Assembly (NCBI GenBank): GCA_963814585.1
Contig: CAWFDF010000004.1
Location: 96,001-160,000, forward strand
Source of the DNA: an uncultured delta proteobacterium
GTDB lineage: Bacteria; Myxococcota; Myxococcia; Myxococcales; Anaeromyxobacteraceae
Length of the DNA stretch: 64,000 nt
Direction of reading: 5' to 3'
In this document: positions 1 through 9,004 of the stretch, piece by piece
Layout: every line of letters starts with the position of its first letter
How positions within the stretch are numbered: position 1 is the stretch's first letter
The notes under the pieces: model-generated
Database searches by the model: none
What the model was told of the DNA's origin: nothing
Seen by the model: only the letters and a program-made list of their open reading frames with translations
Translations under genes and position numbers: made by a program

Positions 1-1
1 C

Positions 2-403
2 CTCGACGGCCACGCCTTCTGGGCCGAGTGCGCGCCTCGCGCCGTGACCCTGGCGAAGCCGGACCAGCCCTCCCGCGTCGCCCGCGAGCTGGAGGAGCGC
101 TTCCCCGACGAGCGGGACGCCGATCGCCGCAGGCTCATGGCGCAGACGCACTTCGGCGCCTTCGAGGACCGCCTGGCGGCGCGCCGCGTGCTGCCGGGGA
201 GCACCTCCTTCGGGCCGGTCCGGGTCGAGGGTCGGAGCCAGCCGATCGAGGAGGGGATCGCCTACGTGCACTTCTTCCCCGGCGGCCAGGCGCAGCGCGC
301 CATGGTCCCGGTGGTGGACGGCGACCTCCTCTACACGGTGGTGCTCGAGCCCTTCACGGGGCGGGCCCGCGTCGTCGCCGGCAAGGTGGAGGACGGGCCA
401 TGA
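2..403 (+). CDS. gspH: Type II secretion pseudopilin GspH, 5'-truncated by the window edge
   Basis: Frame is open from position 2. C-terminus AYVHFFPGGQAQRA...LEPFTGR is typical of GspH/FimT. The stop overlaps the gspI ATG (ATGA). Confidence 0.65.
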   Translation, partial: LDGHAFWAECAPRAVTLAKPDQPSRVARELEERFPDERDADRRRLMAQTHFGAFEDRLAARRVLPGSTSFGPVRVEGRSQPIEEGIAYVHFFPGGQAQRAMVPVVDGDLLYTVVLEPFTGRARVVAGKVEDGP

Positions 404-1182
404 CGGGACCCCGGTCCCGCCCGGGCGCCGGCGCCCACCGGCTCCGCCGCGGCTTCACCTTGCTGGAGGTCATGGTGGCGCTGGCGGTGCTGGCCCTGGC
501 GCTCACCGCCGTGTCCGACGTGGTGGGCGGCGCGCTCCGCAACCACGTCCGCGCCAGGCAGCTCGAGATCGCCACCATGCTGGCCCGCGGGCGGCTGGCC
601 GAGGCCGAGGCCACCTTCGAGGAGGATGGCTTCCGCGACTTCGACCAGACCGAGGAGGGCACCTTCGAGGAGGAAGGCCACCCCGAGGTGACGTGGAAGC
701 TGGTGGCCATCAAGCCACAGGTCGAGCTGGGGCCCGACGCCGTGCTCAAGGCGCTCACCGGCCTCGACGGAGGCGTGGCCGGGCTGCTCGGGCTCGAGTC
801 CAAGGGCCAGGGCGCCTCGGCGGGCGTTGGCGGCGGCGCCGGCGGGCCCACCGCCTCGCTGGCCGGATCGCCGCTGGCCGGGATGGCGGTGTCCATGATC
901 CAGCAGCAGCTCACCGGCCTGGGCGAGAAGCTCAAGTCCGGCGTCCGCGAGGTGCGGCTCACGGTCGGCTGGAAGGACGGCAAGGCGACGGAGTCGTTCA
1001 CGCTGGTGACCCACCTGGTGGTGCTGACGCCTGGCGCGCAGCGGCGCCTGTCCGGGGCCGGCGCGCCGGCTGGCCTCCTGGGGACTCCACGGCCCGGCCT
1101 CCCTGGCCCGGGCGCCTTCACCGGCCGGCAGGGCCTGCAGCCCTTCCAGGCTCCACCCGCCGGGGGAGGGAGGCGGCAATGA
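400..1182 (+). CDS. gspI: Type II secretion minor pseudopilin GspI
   Basis: ATG at 400; prepilin motif RRG|FTLLEVMVALAVL; lies between gspH and gspJ with 4-bp overlaps. Confidence 0.75.
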   Translation: MTGPRSRPGAGAHRLRRGFTLLEVMVALAVLALALTAVSDVVGGALRNHVRARQLEIATMLARGRLAEAEATFEEDGFRDFDQTEEGTFEEEGHPEVTWKLVAIKPQVELGPDAVLKALTGLDGGVAGLLGLESKGQGASAGVGGGAGGPTASLAGSPLAGMAVSMIQQQLTGLGEKLKSGVREVRLTVGWKDGKATESFTLVTHLVVLTPGAQRRLSGAGAPAGLLGTPRPGLPGPGAFTGRQGLQPFQAPPAGGGRRQ

Positions 1183-1829
1183 CCCGGACGGCGCGCGGCT
1201 TCTCGCTCCTCGAGGTGATGATCGCGGTGGCGATCACCGCCGTCATCGGCTCCATGGCAGCCGGCGTCTACCAGCAGGTCGACCACGCGGCCTCGGCGGC
1301 ACGGGACCAGGGTGAGCGGTACGCCGGCGCGCGCCTGGCGCTGACCCGGATGTCCCGCGAGCTGTCGATGGCCTTCCTCTCGGAGCACTACGACCGGGCC
1401 CGCTTCCGCGACCGCCCCACCCTCTTCAAGGGCGAGCGGGACCAGGTCCTCTTCACCACCATGGCGCACGTCCGGCTGGTCCAGGACGCCAAGGAGTCGG
1501 ACCAGGCCGTGGTCGAGTACCTCGTCGAGCGCGACCCGGTGAGCGGCCAGGACGCGCTCTTCCGTCGCGAGAAGCCTCGCCTCGACGACGAGCCCGACCG
1601 CGGCGGCCGCAAGGACCTGCTGGCCACCCACGTCAAGGGACTCTCGCTCCAGTACTGGGACCTGAAGCGCAAGGAGTGGGTCCGCGAATGGTCGACCCGG
1701 ACGCCGGAGCGCCTGAACGAGCTGCCGCCTCGCGTCCGCATCGCGCTCGAGGTCACGCTCGCCGACGGCCGGGCCGAGAAGTTCACCACCCAGGCGCGCG
1801 TCGCCATCACCGCACCGCTGGAGTTCTGA
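1179..1829 (+). CDS. gspJ: Type II secretion minor pseudopilin GspJ
   Basis: ATG at 1179; RG|FSLLEVMIAVAI prepilin motif; REW...LPPRVRIALEV C-terminal GspJ pattern. Confidence 0.8.
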   Translation: MTRTARGFSLLEVMIAVAITAVIGSMAAGVYQQVDHAASAARDQGERYAGARLALTRMSRELSMAFLSEHYDRARFRDRPTLFKGERDQVLFTTMAHVRLVQDAKESDQAVVEYLVERDPVSGQDALFRREKPRLDDEPDRGGRKDLLATHVKGLSLQYWDLKRKEWVREWSTRTPERLNELPPRVRIALEVTLADGRAEKFTTQARVAITAPLEF

Positions 1830-3127
1830 TGGTGATCACCTCGAGGCAGCGCGGGGGTGCCGGGCGCCGGGAGCGTGGGGCCGCCTTGCTGGTGGTGATG
1901 GTGACCGTGGCGCTGGTGACGGCGCTCGCCATGGACCTCGCCTACCAGGCGCGGGTCGGGCTCCAGATCGCCGCCAACGGCCGGGACGAGCTGGTGGCGC
2001 TGGCGCAGGCGCGCGGGGCGGTCGGCCTCTCCCGCCTGGTGCTTCACTTCCAGTCACAGCTCGACGCCCAGGCCTCGTCGGCGGCCGGGGTGGCGGGCCA
2101 GCTCGGAGGCGCGGCGGGCGCGGCCGGAGGCGCCATGCCGCGCATCCAGGTCTGGAAGCTGGTGCCCATCGACTCGGCGCTGGTTTCCAACCTCTTCCCC
2201 GGCGGCACCCGGGACGCCGGCGCCGGCCAGGGCTCCGGCCCCGGGACCGGCGACGAGGTGGCGGCGGGCCGCGCCGCGGCGGGGTCCTCGACGGGGCGGT
2301 TCTCGGCGACCATCGACGACGAGGACCGCAAGGTGAACGTCCAGCTCGACGCCCTCGCCCAGGGCGGGCTGCTCGGTGCCCAGCTCGCCAGCTTCATGGC
2401 GCTGGTGGCCGATCGCCGCTGGGATCCGCTCTTCGAGCGCGAGGACGCCAACGGGGTCAAGCTGAGCCGCACCGAGCTGGCCGCGGCGCTCAAGGACTGG
2501 GTGGACGACGACCAGCAGCAGTCTGCGATCACCACGGTCGCCGATCGCCCGTTCGAGAACGGCTTCGGCGACGAGAACTACCTCTACGATCGAGGCCCGG
2601 ACCGCTACAAGGCCAAGAACGCCCGCTTCGACTCCCTCGCCGAGCTCTTCATGGTGGCCGGCTTCTCCGACCTTCACATGGCCGCGTTCGGCGAGCGGCT
2701 CACCATCTACCCGGCGCGCGGCTCGCAGATGAACGTCAACGCCGAGGACGGGGTCGAGCTGCTCCGGAATGCCCGCATCATGGCCGACCCTCCGGCGCAG
2801 CCCATCTTCTCCGATCCGACCTTCCCCGACCGCCTGCTCGAGGCGGTGAAGCTGGTCCGGATGGGCGGGTTCCTCACCATGTCCCCGCAGCAGTTCGCGG
2901 CGGCGCTGGAGGCGCTCGGCGTGGGCGTCCATGCCGACTACACGCTGCAGCGGAACACCGACCGGCGCGGAGCCTTCACCGACCGCTCCTACGTCTTCCG
3001 CATCCGCGGGCAGGGGCGCGCCGGACAGGTCGTCAAGAACATCGAGGCGGTGGTGAGCTTCGAGCCCAGCCAGGCCGGCGCAGACTCCGCCTTCCTGGGG
3101 CGGCCGGTCCACTGGAGCGAGGAGTAG
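1829..3127 (+). CDS. gspK: Type II secretion minor pseudopilin GspK
   Basis: RG|AALLVVM cleavage site without E5; IDDEDRKVNV, LKDWVDDD and KNARFDSLAEL motifs. Confidence 0.85.
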   Translation: MVITSRQRGGAGRRERGAALLVVMVTVALVTALAMDLAYQARVGLQIAANGRDELVALAQARGAVGLSRLVLHFQSQLDAQASSAAGVAGQLGGAAGAAGGAMPRIQVWKLVPIDSALVSNLFPGGTRDAGAGQGSGPGTGDEVAAGRAAAGSSTGRFSATIDDEDRKVNVQLDALAQGGLLGAQLASFMALVADRRWDPLFEREDANGVKLSRTELAAALKDWVDDDQQQSAITTVADRPFENGFGDENYLYDRGPDRYKAKNARFDSLAELFMVAGFSDLHMAAFGERLTIYPARGSQMNVNAEDGVELLRNARIMADPPAQPIFSDPTFPDRLLEAVKLVRMGGFLTMSPQQFAAALEALGVGVHADYTLQRNTDRRGAFTDRSYVFRIRGQGRAGQVVKNIEAVVSFEPSQAGADSAFLGRPVHWSEE

Positions 3128-3130
3128 ATC

Positions 3131-4744
3131 ATGGCGCAGACCATGCTGGGGCTGGATCTGGGGGCCCGTGGGGTCAAGGCGGTGCTGCTGGAGAGCAGCT
3201 ACCGAGGGTTCACCGTGCTCGGGCACGCCGTGGTGCCGCTGGGACCGGCGGCCGACGGCGAGCCCGCCTGGGCCCGGTACGCCGAGGCGCTGGCCAGGCT
3301 CCTCACCGAGCAGGGCTGGCACCCCGATGGCTGCGTGGCGACCGTCCCGGGCGCCACCCTGGCGTCGCACGTCATCACCCTCCCCTTCACCGATCCCCGC
3401 CGCATCGCGCAGACGCTGGCCTTCGAGGTCGAGGCGCAGATCCCGTGGGAGCTGGACGAGGCCGCCTGGGACTGGGAGTCGCTCGGGGTCCGCGGCACCT
3501 CCACCGATCTCTGGGTCGGCGTCGGGCCGAGGACCGAGCTGACCGGGCTGCTGGCCACGCTGGCTGGCGCCGGCCTCGACCCCAGCGTGGTGGCGCCTCC
3601 GGCCGCGGTGCTCTCGTCGCTCTTCGCCCCCGGGGTGCTGGCGGGAGAGCCGGCCCCGGCCGGCGCTCCACCGGCCTGCGAGGCGATCCTCGACCTGGGC
3701 GAGAGCCGGACGCAGGTCTGCGTCACCGTGGGTGGCGCGCTGGTGGCGGCCAGGACGGTGCCGTCCGGCGCCGCCACCGTGACCCGCGCGCTGGCCCGCG
3801 ATCTCGGGATCTCGGAGGCGGAGGCCTCGCTCCTGCTCTCGGCGGAGCCCGACGGTGAGCCGCTGCCCGACATGCTGGCCGCCCTGTCCGTCGAGCCGCG
3901 CGTCGAGGAGGCGCTGACCCGCGCGCTGGTGCCGCTGGTCCGTGAGCTGCGGTCCACGCTCCGCGCCTGGCGAGCGCGGGTGGGTGCCACCCCCGTGACA
4001 CGTCTCTGGCTGGCCGGCGGGCTGGGACGGCGCCCCGGGCTGGCCAATCGGCTGGCGGCCGAGGTGGAGGGGCCGGTGCTGCCGCTGGCGCTGTCGGGGC
4101 AGGCCGCCACGATCCCGGCGGCCCAGGCCGGGTCGCTGGCGCTCGCCCTGGCGGCGGCCCTGCGCGGCCACCTCGGCGCCCGCGCCGGGCGGGTCAACCT
4201 GCGGCGCGGCGATCTCGCCTTCACGCGCGACTTCGAGCACCTCAAGGGCAAGGTGCTGCGCCTGGCCGTGGCGGCGGGCGCCATCCTGCTGCTGGCCGTG
4301 GCCTCACAGGTCGTGAAGATCTACGCGCTGTCCCGCCAGGAGCGAGCCGTCGATCGGGCGCTCTGTGACGCCGAGGAGAAGGTGCTGAAGAAGTGCTTCC
4401 CCAACTACGAGGAGGCCCTCTCGGCCCTGCGTGGCCGGGGCGTTCCCGGGGCGGCCATCCCCAAGACCTCCGCGGTGGACGTGATCGACGACCTCTCCCA
4501 CCGGCTCCCCGAGGGCGTGCCGCTCAAGCTGGAGAAGATCGACATCACCGACCGCAAGCTCCACGTCCAGGGGATCGCCGATGCCGCCGAGCACGTCGAT
4601 CGGCTGGTGGCGTCGCTGCACGGGTCCAGGTGCTTCGCCGACGCCCGATCCGGGGGCGCGCGCAAGCGCACCTCCGACGGGAAGTTCGAGTTCTCCATCG
4701 ACTCGGCGCTCGGCTGTGCCGAGGGCCTCCCGGGAGGAGAGTGA
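3131..4744 (+). CDS. gspL: Type II secretion protein GspL (PilM-like actin fold plus PilN-like domain)
   Basis: LGLDLG N-terminus, ILDLG, LAGG, VNLRRG, one TM segment; position after gspK. Confidence 0.75.
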   Translation: MAQTMLGLDLGARGVKAVLLESSYRGFTVLGHAVVPLGPAADGEPAWARYAEALARLLTEQGWHPDGCVATVPGATLASHVITLPFTDPRRIAQTLAFEVEAQIPWELDEAAWDWESLGVRGTSTDLWVGVGPRTELTGLLATLAGAGLDPSVVAPPAAVLSSLFAPGVLAGEPAPAGAPPACEAILDLGESRTQVCVTVGGALVAARTVPSGAATVTRALARDLGISEAEASLLLSAEPDGEPLPDMLAALSVEPRVEEALTRALVPLVRELRSTLRAWRARVGATPVTRLWLAGGLGRRPGLANRLAAEVEGPVLPLALSGQAATIPAAQAGSLALALAAALRGHLGARAGRVNLRRGDLAFTRDFEHLKGKVLRLAVAAGAILLLAVASQVVKIYALSRQERAVDRALCDAEEKVLKKCFPNYEEALSALRGRGVPGAAIPKTSAVDVIDDLSHRLPEGVPLKLEKIDITDRKLHVQGIADAAEHVDRLVASLHGSRCFADARSGGARKRTSDGKFEFSIDSALGCAEGLPGGE

Positions 4745-4746
4745 GC

Positions 4747-5304
4747 ATGGAACGGCTCAAGCAGCTCCGCGCCGACCTCGAGGCCAGGCTCACGCGCCTG
4801 TCGCCCCGGGAGCGGGTGCTGGTGGGTGCCGCCGCGGCAGCGGTCGTCCTCTTCTTCGGATCGCTGGCGGCCGCCGGGATGGGCGCCTCGGTGCGGGCGC
4901 GCGAGGCGCGCATCGTCGAGAAGACCAAGGTGCTGGGCCAGGTCGGCCAGCTGGCCGGTGGGTACCGTCGCGTGCAGCTGGAACGGGCCGCGCTGGAGGC
5001 CCGGCTCAAGGGCCAGCCGGTCCAGCTGATGAGCCACGTGTCCCAGGTGGGCGCCGGCCTGGGCGTCGAGGTCACCGACCTGCGCCCCACCGGGGCGCCC
5101 GCGGAGGTCGATGGCGTGATGGAGGAGAGCGTCGAGGTGAACCTGGTCCGCATCGAGCTCGGCAAGCTGGCGCGCCTGATCCAGGGGCTGGAGCGCGGCC
5201 CTGGGCTGGTGAAGGTGCGCCGGCTCCGCATCGCCACGCGCACCGATGACCCGAAGCTGGTGGACGCCACGGTGGTGGTGGCCACCTACCAGTTGAAGGG
5301 CTGA
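4747..5304 (+). CDS. gspM: Type II secretion protein GspM
   Basis: LSPRERVLV motif followed by a TM helix and coiled coil; position after gspL. Confidence 0.75.
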   Translation: MERLKQLRADLEARLTRLSPRERVLVGAAAAAVVLFFGSLAAAGMGASVRAREARIVEKTKVLGQVGQLAGGYRRVQLERAALEARLKGQPVQLMSHVSQVGAGLGVEVTDLRPTGAPAEVDGVMEESVEVNLVRIELGKLARLIQGLERGPGLVKVRRLRIATRTDDPKLVDATVVVATYQLKG

Positions 5305-5312
5305 CCCCGGGG

Positions 5313-6251
5313 ATGCGCGCGATGAAGATCGAGTGGAGTGCCTGGAAGCCCCGCCTGCTCTACGGCGCGTTCTTCCTGGTGGCGTTGCTGCTGGCGCTGC
5401 GATGGACCTTTCCGTCCGACGCGCTGCTGGACCGGCTCTCCGCCGAGGCGGGCGCTCGAGGCTGGCAGCTGCAGGCGGGCGAGACCGGCGCGGCCGGGCT
5501 CATCGGGATCTCGCTGCGGGACGTGACCCTCAAGGACAAGGCCGGGCTCACCATCCCGATCGATCGGATCGACCTGACGCTGCCGCTCTGGCCGCTCCTG
5601 ACCGGGAAGCGGCGGGTCGAGGTGGACGCGTGGCTCTACGACGGGCGGGGCCGCGGCGCGCTCGACCTCGCCGCCGGCCCGCAGGCGTACCGGGCCGAGC
5701 TGGACGGGATCGACCTGGCCCGGGTGCTGCCGCTGCGGATGGCCTCGGGGGTGGACCTGACCGGCGTGGCCTCGGGGACGGCGCAGCTGCTCGTGCCGGC
5801 CGACGAGAAGGCCAGGCCGGAGGGGCGGCTGGTGCTGTCCGTGAAGGAGGCGGGACTCTCGGGCGGGAAGCTCAACCTGCCGGGTGTGGGGATGCTGACG
5901 CTGCCGGCGGCCAGGTTCGGTGAGCTGGCGGTCGAGCTGGTGCTCAAGGACGGCAAGGGCTCGTTCGAGAAGATCGGGGCGACCGGTGGCGACGTCGAGC
6001 TGGCCGGCGAGGGGATCTACTTCGCGTGGCAGCCGCGGCTCGAGTTCGCGCCGCTGTTCGGGAAGGCCCGGCTCAAGGTGTCGCCGGCGTTCTCGTCGAA
6101 GCCGGAGAACCGCGCCTTTTCCTCGCTGCTCGACGCCTCGCTGGCCGGGGCGCGCAGCGGCGAGGGGACGTACGGGCTCCAGGTGTTCGGCAGCCTGGGG
6201 CATCCACAGGTCAGGGCAGCGGCGGCAGCGCCCCCCCCCGACCCAGAGTAG
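5313..6251 (+). CDS. gspN: Type II secretion protein GspN (deltaproteobacterial type)
   Basis: N-terminal TM followed by TFP, beta-rich body, C-terminal GSLGHP; last gene of the gsp operon; alternative start at 5322. Confidence 0.7.
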   Translation: MRAMKIEWSAWKPRLLYGAFFLVALLLALRWTFPSDALLDRLSAEAGARGWQLQAGETGAAGLIGISLRDVTLKDKAGLTIPIDRIDLTLPLWPLLTGKRRVEVDAWLYDGRGRGALDLAAGPQAYRAELDGIDLARVLPLRMASGVDLTGVASGTAQLLVPADEKARPEGRLVLSVKEAGLSGGKLNLPGVGMLTLPAARFGELAVELVLKDGKGSFEKIGATGGDVELAGEGIYFAWQPRLEFAPLFGKARLKVSPAFSSKPENRAFSSLLDASLAGARSGEGTYGLQVFGSLGHPQVRAAAAAPPPDPE

Positions 6252-6302
6252 TTTGGCGGACCAGGGGACGGGAGGAGACCGGACCGCGGACCGTGAATCG
6301 CG

Positions 6303-8795
6303 TCAACTGTCCGATCCCTCCGAGACACGGAACCGCCCGACTCGCTCTGCCAGGTCCTTCGCCCGCGCCCCCATCCGATCGGCGACCCCGGTCAGCCCTT
6401 CCACCGCCTGCTCGTGATCGCCCGCCGTACCCGAGAGGTCGCCGAGGGCCTCCCGCACCTTCCGCGTCGCGTGGTTGTGCGCCTCGACGGCCCTCGTGAT
6501 GTCGCTGATCATGCGCTCCAGCCGGGCCAGGTTGTCCATCTGCCGGCGCCCCTGCCCGACCTGCTCCTCCAGCGCCTGCGCCACCTGCTCCGCCAGCGCG
6601 TTGACGCTCCGTGACACGGATCCGACCGCCGCCACGCTCCGCCCCACCAGCTGCACCGCTCCGGTGACCGCCCGGGACCCGCTCGCCACCGACTCGACCA
6701 GGTCCGAAAGGTCGCGGGAGGACCCGGAGTGCACCTCCACCGCCGCCCGGATCTCGCCCGCGGCCTGTGTCCCCAGCGCCGTGGTCCGCTGGATCTGCCC
6801 GAGCGCCTCCAGCGAGTTTCGCGCCAGCTGCACCCCCTCCACCGCCAGCGCGTCGCCGCGATCGATGAGCGCCGCCGTCGCCTCGACGTCCTCGCGCACG
6901 GCGTTGATGATGTCGCCGATCGACTTGGTGGAGCGGGCGATCTGCGCCGCCAGTTCGCGGATCTGATCGGCCACCACCGCGAAGGCCTTGCCGTGCTCCC
7001 CGGCCTGCGACGCGATGATCGAGGCGTTGAGGGAGAGCAGGTTGGTCCGGCCGGCCACCTCGGAGATGAAGTCCACCACCTGGTCGATGTCGTCGGACCG
7101 CCGCCCCAGGGCCGCGATCCGGACATGGGCGTCCGACACCGCCGCCCGCAGCGTCTCGATGCCGTGCACCGTCTCCTCCACCACCCCGCCCGACCGCTCC
7201 GCCATCTCGGCCACCAGTCCGGCGTTGCTCTGGCTCTCCGCGGCGGCCCGCTCCAGCGCCGCCATCGAGGCCTTCACCGCCGCCAGCGTCCCCGTGGCGC
7301 GGCTGGCCAGCGTCTCCAGCTCTCCCAGCGTCGCCTCGGCCTCCCGCCCGGCGCCGGCCAGGTGGTCGACGTCCTCCAGCGCCGTGTCCATGGTCCGGTC
7401 CAGCTCCGCCCCCTTTCGCCTCACCTCCTCGAGCGCCGCGGCCATCTCCCCGACCGCCATGGTGGTGGCCGACACGTACTCGGAGAGGGAGCCGACGCCG
7501 CGAGACACCTGCGCCACCGAGCCCTCCATGGCCTCGACCGCGCCCTGCACGGCCACCACGCCACCGTGCTGTCCCAGCGCCCCGTGGCGAACCCGCTCGC
7601 CGATGGCGCTGGCCTCGCGGGCGCCCTGGGAGACGCCCTGGCTGGCGGCCTGCACGTCGACCACCAGCACCTTCAGTCCCTCGGCCATGCGCCGGAAGTC
7701 GTTGGCGAGCAGCCCGACCTCGTCGCGTGACGTGGCCGAGGGCGAGGCGGTGAGGTCTCCCGCGGCAATCCGCCCCGCGGCCCGGCCCAGCGCCCGGAGC
7801 GGGTTGGTGATGGAGCGGGCGGCCAGGAAGGCCATGAGCGCGGTCGCCAGGTAGACGATGAGGCTGGTGGACGCGAGCGACGCCCAGTAGGCCTGCCGGC
7901 GCTCCCGCAGCGGCGCGTCCGAGAGCCAGCTCACCAGCAGCCCGCCCGCGGGAGCCCGCGACGCCACCAACCAGCCGTCCACGAGCCGGACCGTCCCGGG
8001 CGAGCTCCCGGCCCGCGCGAAGGGGGCGTCGCCGGCGCCGATGCGCGCCTCGACGGTCCCTCCCGCGCCCACCAGCGCGGCCGGTGCCGCCGTGACCGAC
8101 CAGACCTGCTCCACCACCGCGCTCCCCGAGCGCCCGGCCTGGAGCCGCAAGGCGCCCTGCTGCGCCCGCTTCGCCGCCGCGACGTATTCCTGGTCGATGT
8201 CGACGCGGTAGTTGACGTACCCGGTCGCGGCGAAGAGCAGCAGGCCGACGGTGTTGAGCCCGAAGCAGACCAGCAGGATCTTCCCCCGCACCGTGCCTCG
8301 CAGCCCGCCCTCCGCGCGCGGACCGAGCCGCTCCAGCGCCGCGCCCACCGCCGAGGCGCTGAGCGCGTAGACCGCCATGGCGCCGAGGATGGCCGTGGCC
8401 ACGCCGACCCCGGCCTGGGCCACGGCCAGGTCGCCAGGCAGCCCGGCCCGGCGCAACGCCACCACGCTCGCGCCGGCCACCAGGGTCCCCGCCACGCTGG
8501 CCGTCAGCGCTGCCGCCGCCGGGACGAGGTGGGTGGCGGTCGCCAGCGTGCCGGACCCGGCTGCGGTCGACGTGGCCAGGGTCGACAGCGCCTGCCGCAG
8601 CGGGCGGGTCAGCGCGCCCAGCGCCAGGCCGACCAGCCCCAGCTCGACGGCCCATCCGAGGACGAAGGCGGTCCCGAGCACCTGGACCTGGTCCGAGGTG
8701 AGCTGCAGCGACGAGGTCCCCAGCCACCAGTCGAGGAGGGCGGCGAGCGCCAGCGCGAGGGCGACGTTGCGGAGCAGCGGGCCGAGGAGGCGCAT
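6303..8795 (-). CDS. Methyl-accepting chemotaxis protein
   Basis: Several N-terminal TM helices, a HAMP domain (PLRAL...GDLT...RDEVGLL) and the signalling tip RTNLLSLNASIIASQAGEHGKAFAVVADQIRELA. Confidence 0.92.
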   Translation of the reverse strand: MRLLGPLLRNVALALALAALLDWWLGTSSLQLTSDQVQVLGTAFVLGWAVELGLVGLALGALTRPLRQALSTLATSTAAGSGTLATATHLVPAAAALTASVAGTLVAGASVVALRRAGLPGDLAVAQAGVGVATAILGAMAVYALSASAVGAALERLGPRAEGGLRGTVRGKILLVCFGLNTVGLLLFAATGYVNYRVDIDQEYVAAAKRAQQGALRLQAGRSGSAVVEQVWSVTAAPAALVGAGGTVEARIGAGDAPFARAGSSPGTVRLVDGWLVASRAPAGGLLVSWLSDAPLRERRQAYWASLASTSLIVYLATALMAFLAARSITNPLRALGRAAGRIAAGDLTASPSATSRDEVGLLANDFRRMAEGLKVLVVDVQAASQGVSQGAREASAIGERVRHGALGQHGGVVAVQGAVEAMEGSVAQVSRGVGSLSEYVSATTMAVGEMAAALEEVRRKGAELDRTMDTALEDVDHLAGAGREAEATLGELETLASRATGTLAAVKASMAALERAAAESQSNAGLVAEMAERSGGVVEETVHGIETLRAAVSDAHVRIAALGRRSDDIDQVVDFISEVAGRTNLLSLNASIIASQAGEHGKAFAVVADQIRELAAQIARSTKSIGDIINAVREDVEATAALIDRGDALAVEGVQLARNSLEALGQIQRTTALGTQAAGEIRAAVEVHSGSSRDLSDLVESVASGSRAVTGAVQLVGRSVAAVGSVSRSVNALAEQVAQALEEQVGQGRRQMDNLARLERMISDITRAVEAHNHATRKVREALGDLSGTAGDHEQAVEGLTGVADRMGARAKDLAERVGRFRVSEGSDS

Positions 8796-9004
8796 CGGCG
8801 ACGAGTGTAGTCGTTGCCGGGCCTGCTGGGAAAAGGGGGGCGCCCCCGGCGCCGTGGCGATACATGGCGTGTCACGTAACGCGCCGGAACGATGGGCGAA
8901 TTCGCGGACCTTCGCCGGCGCCGACCGTCGATGTCATGGGAATCCCCAGCGTGATCAACGGCTTGTATTGAAACGCGGTGGGGGGCGTGATATCGCCGTG
9001 AGCC

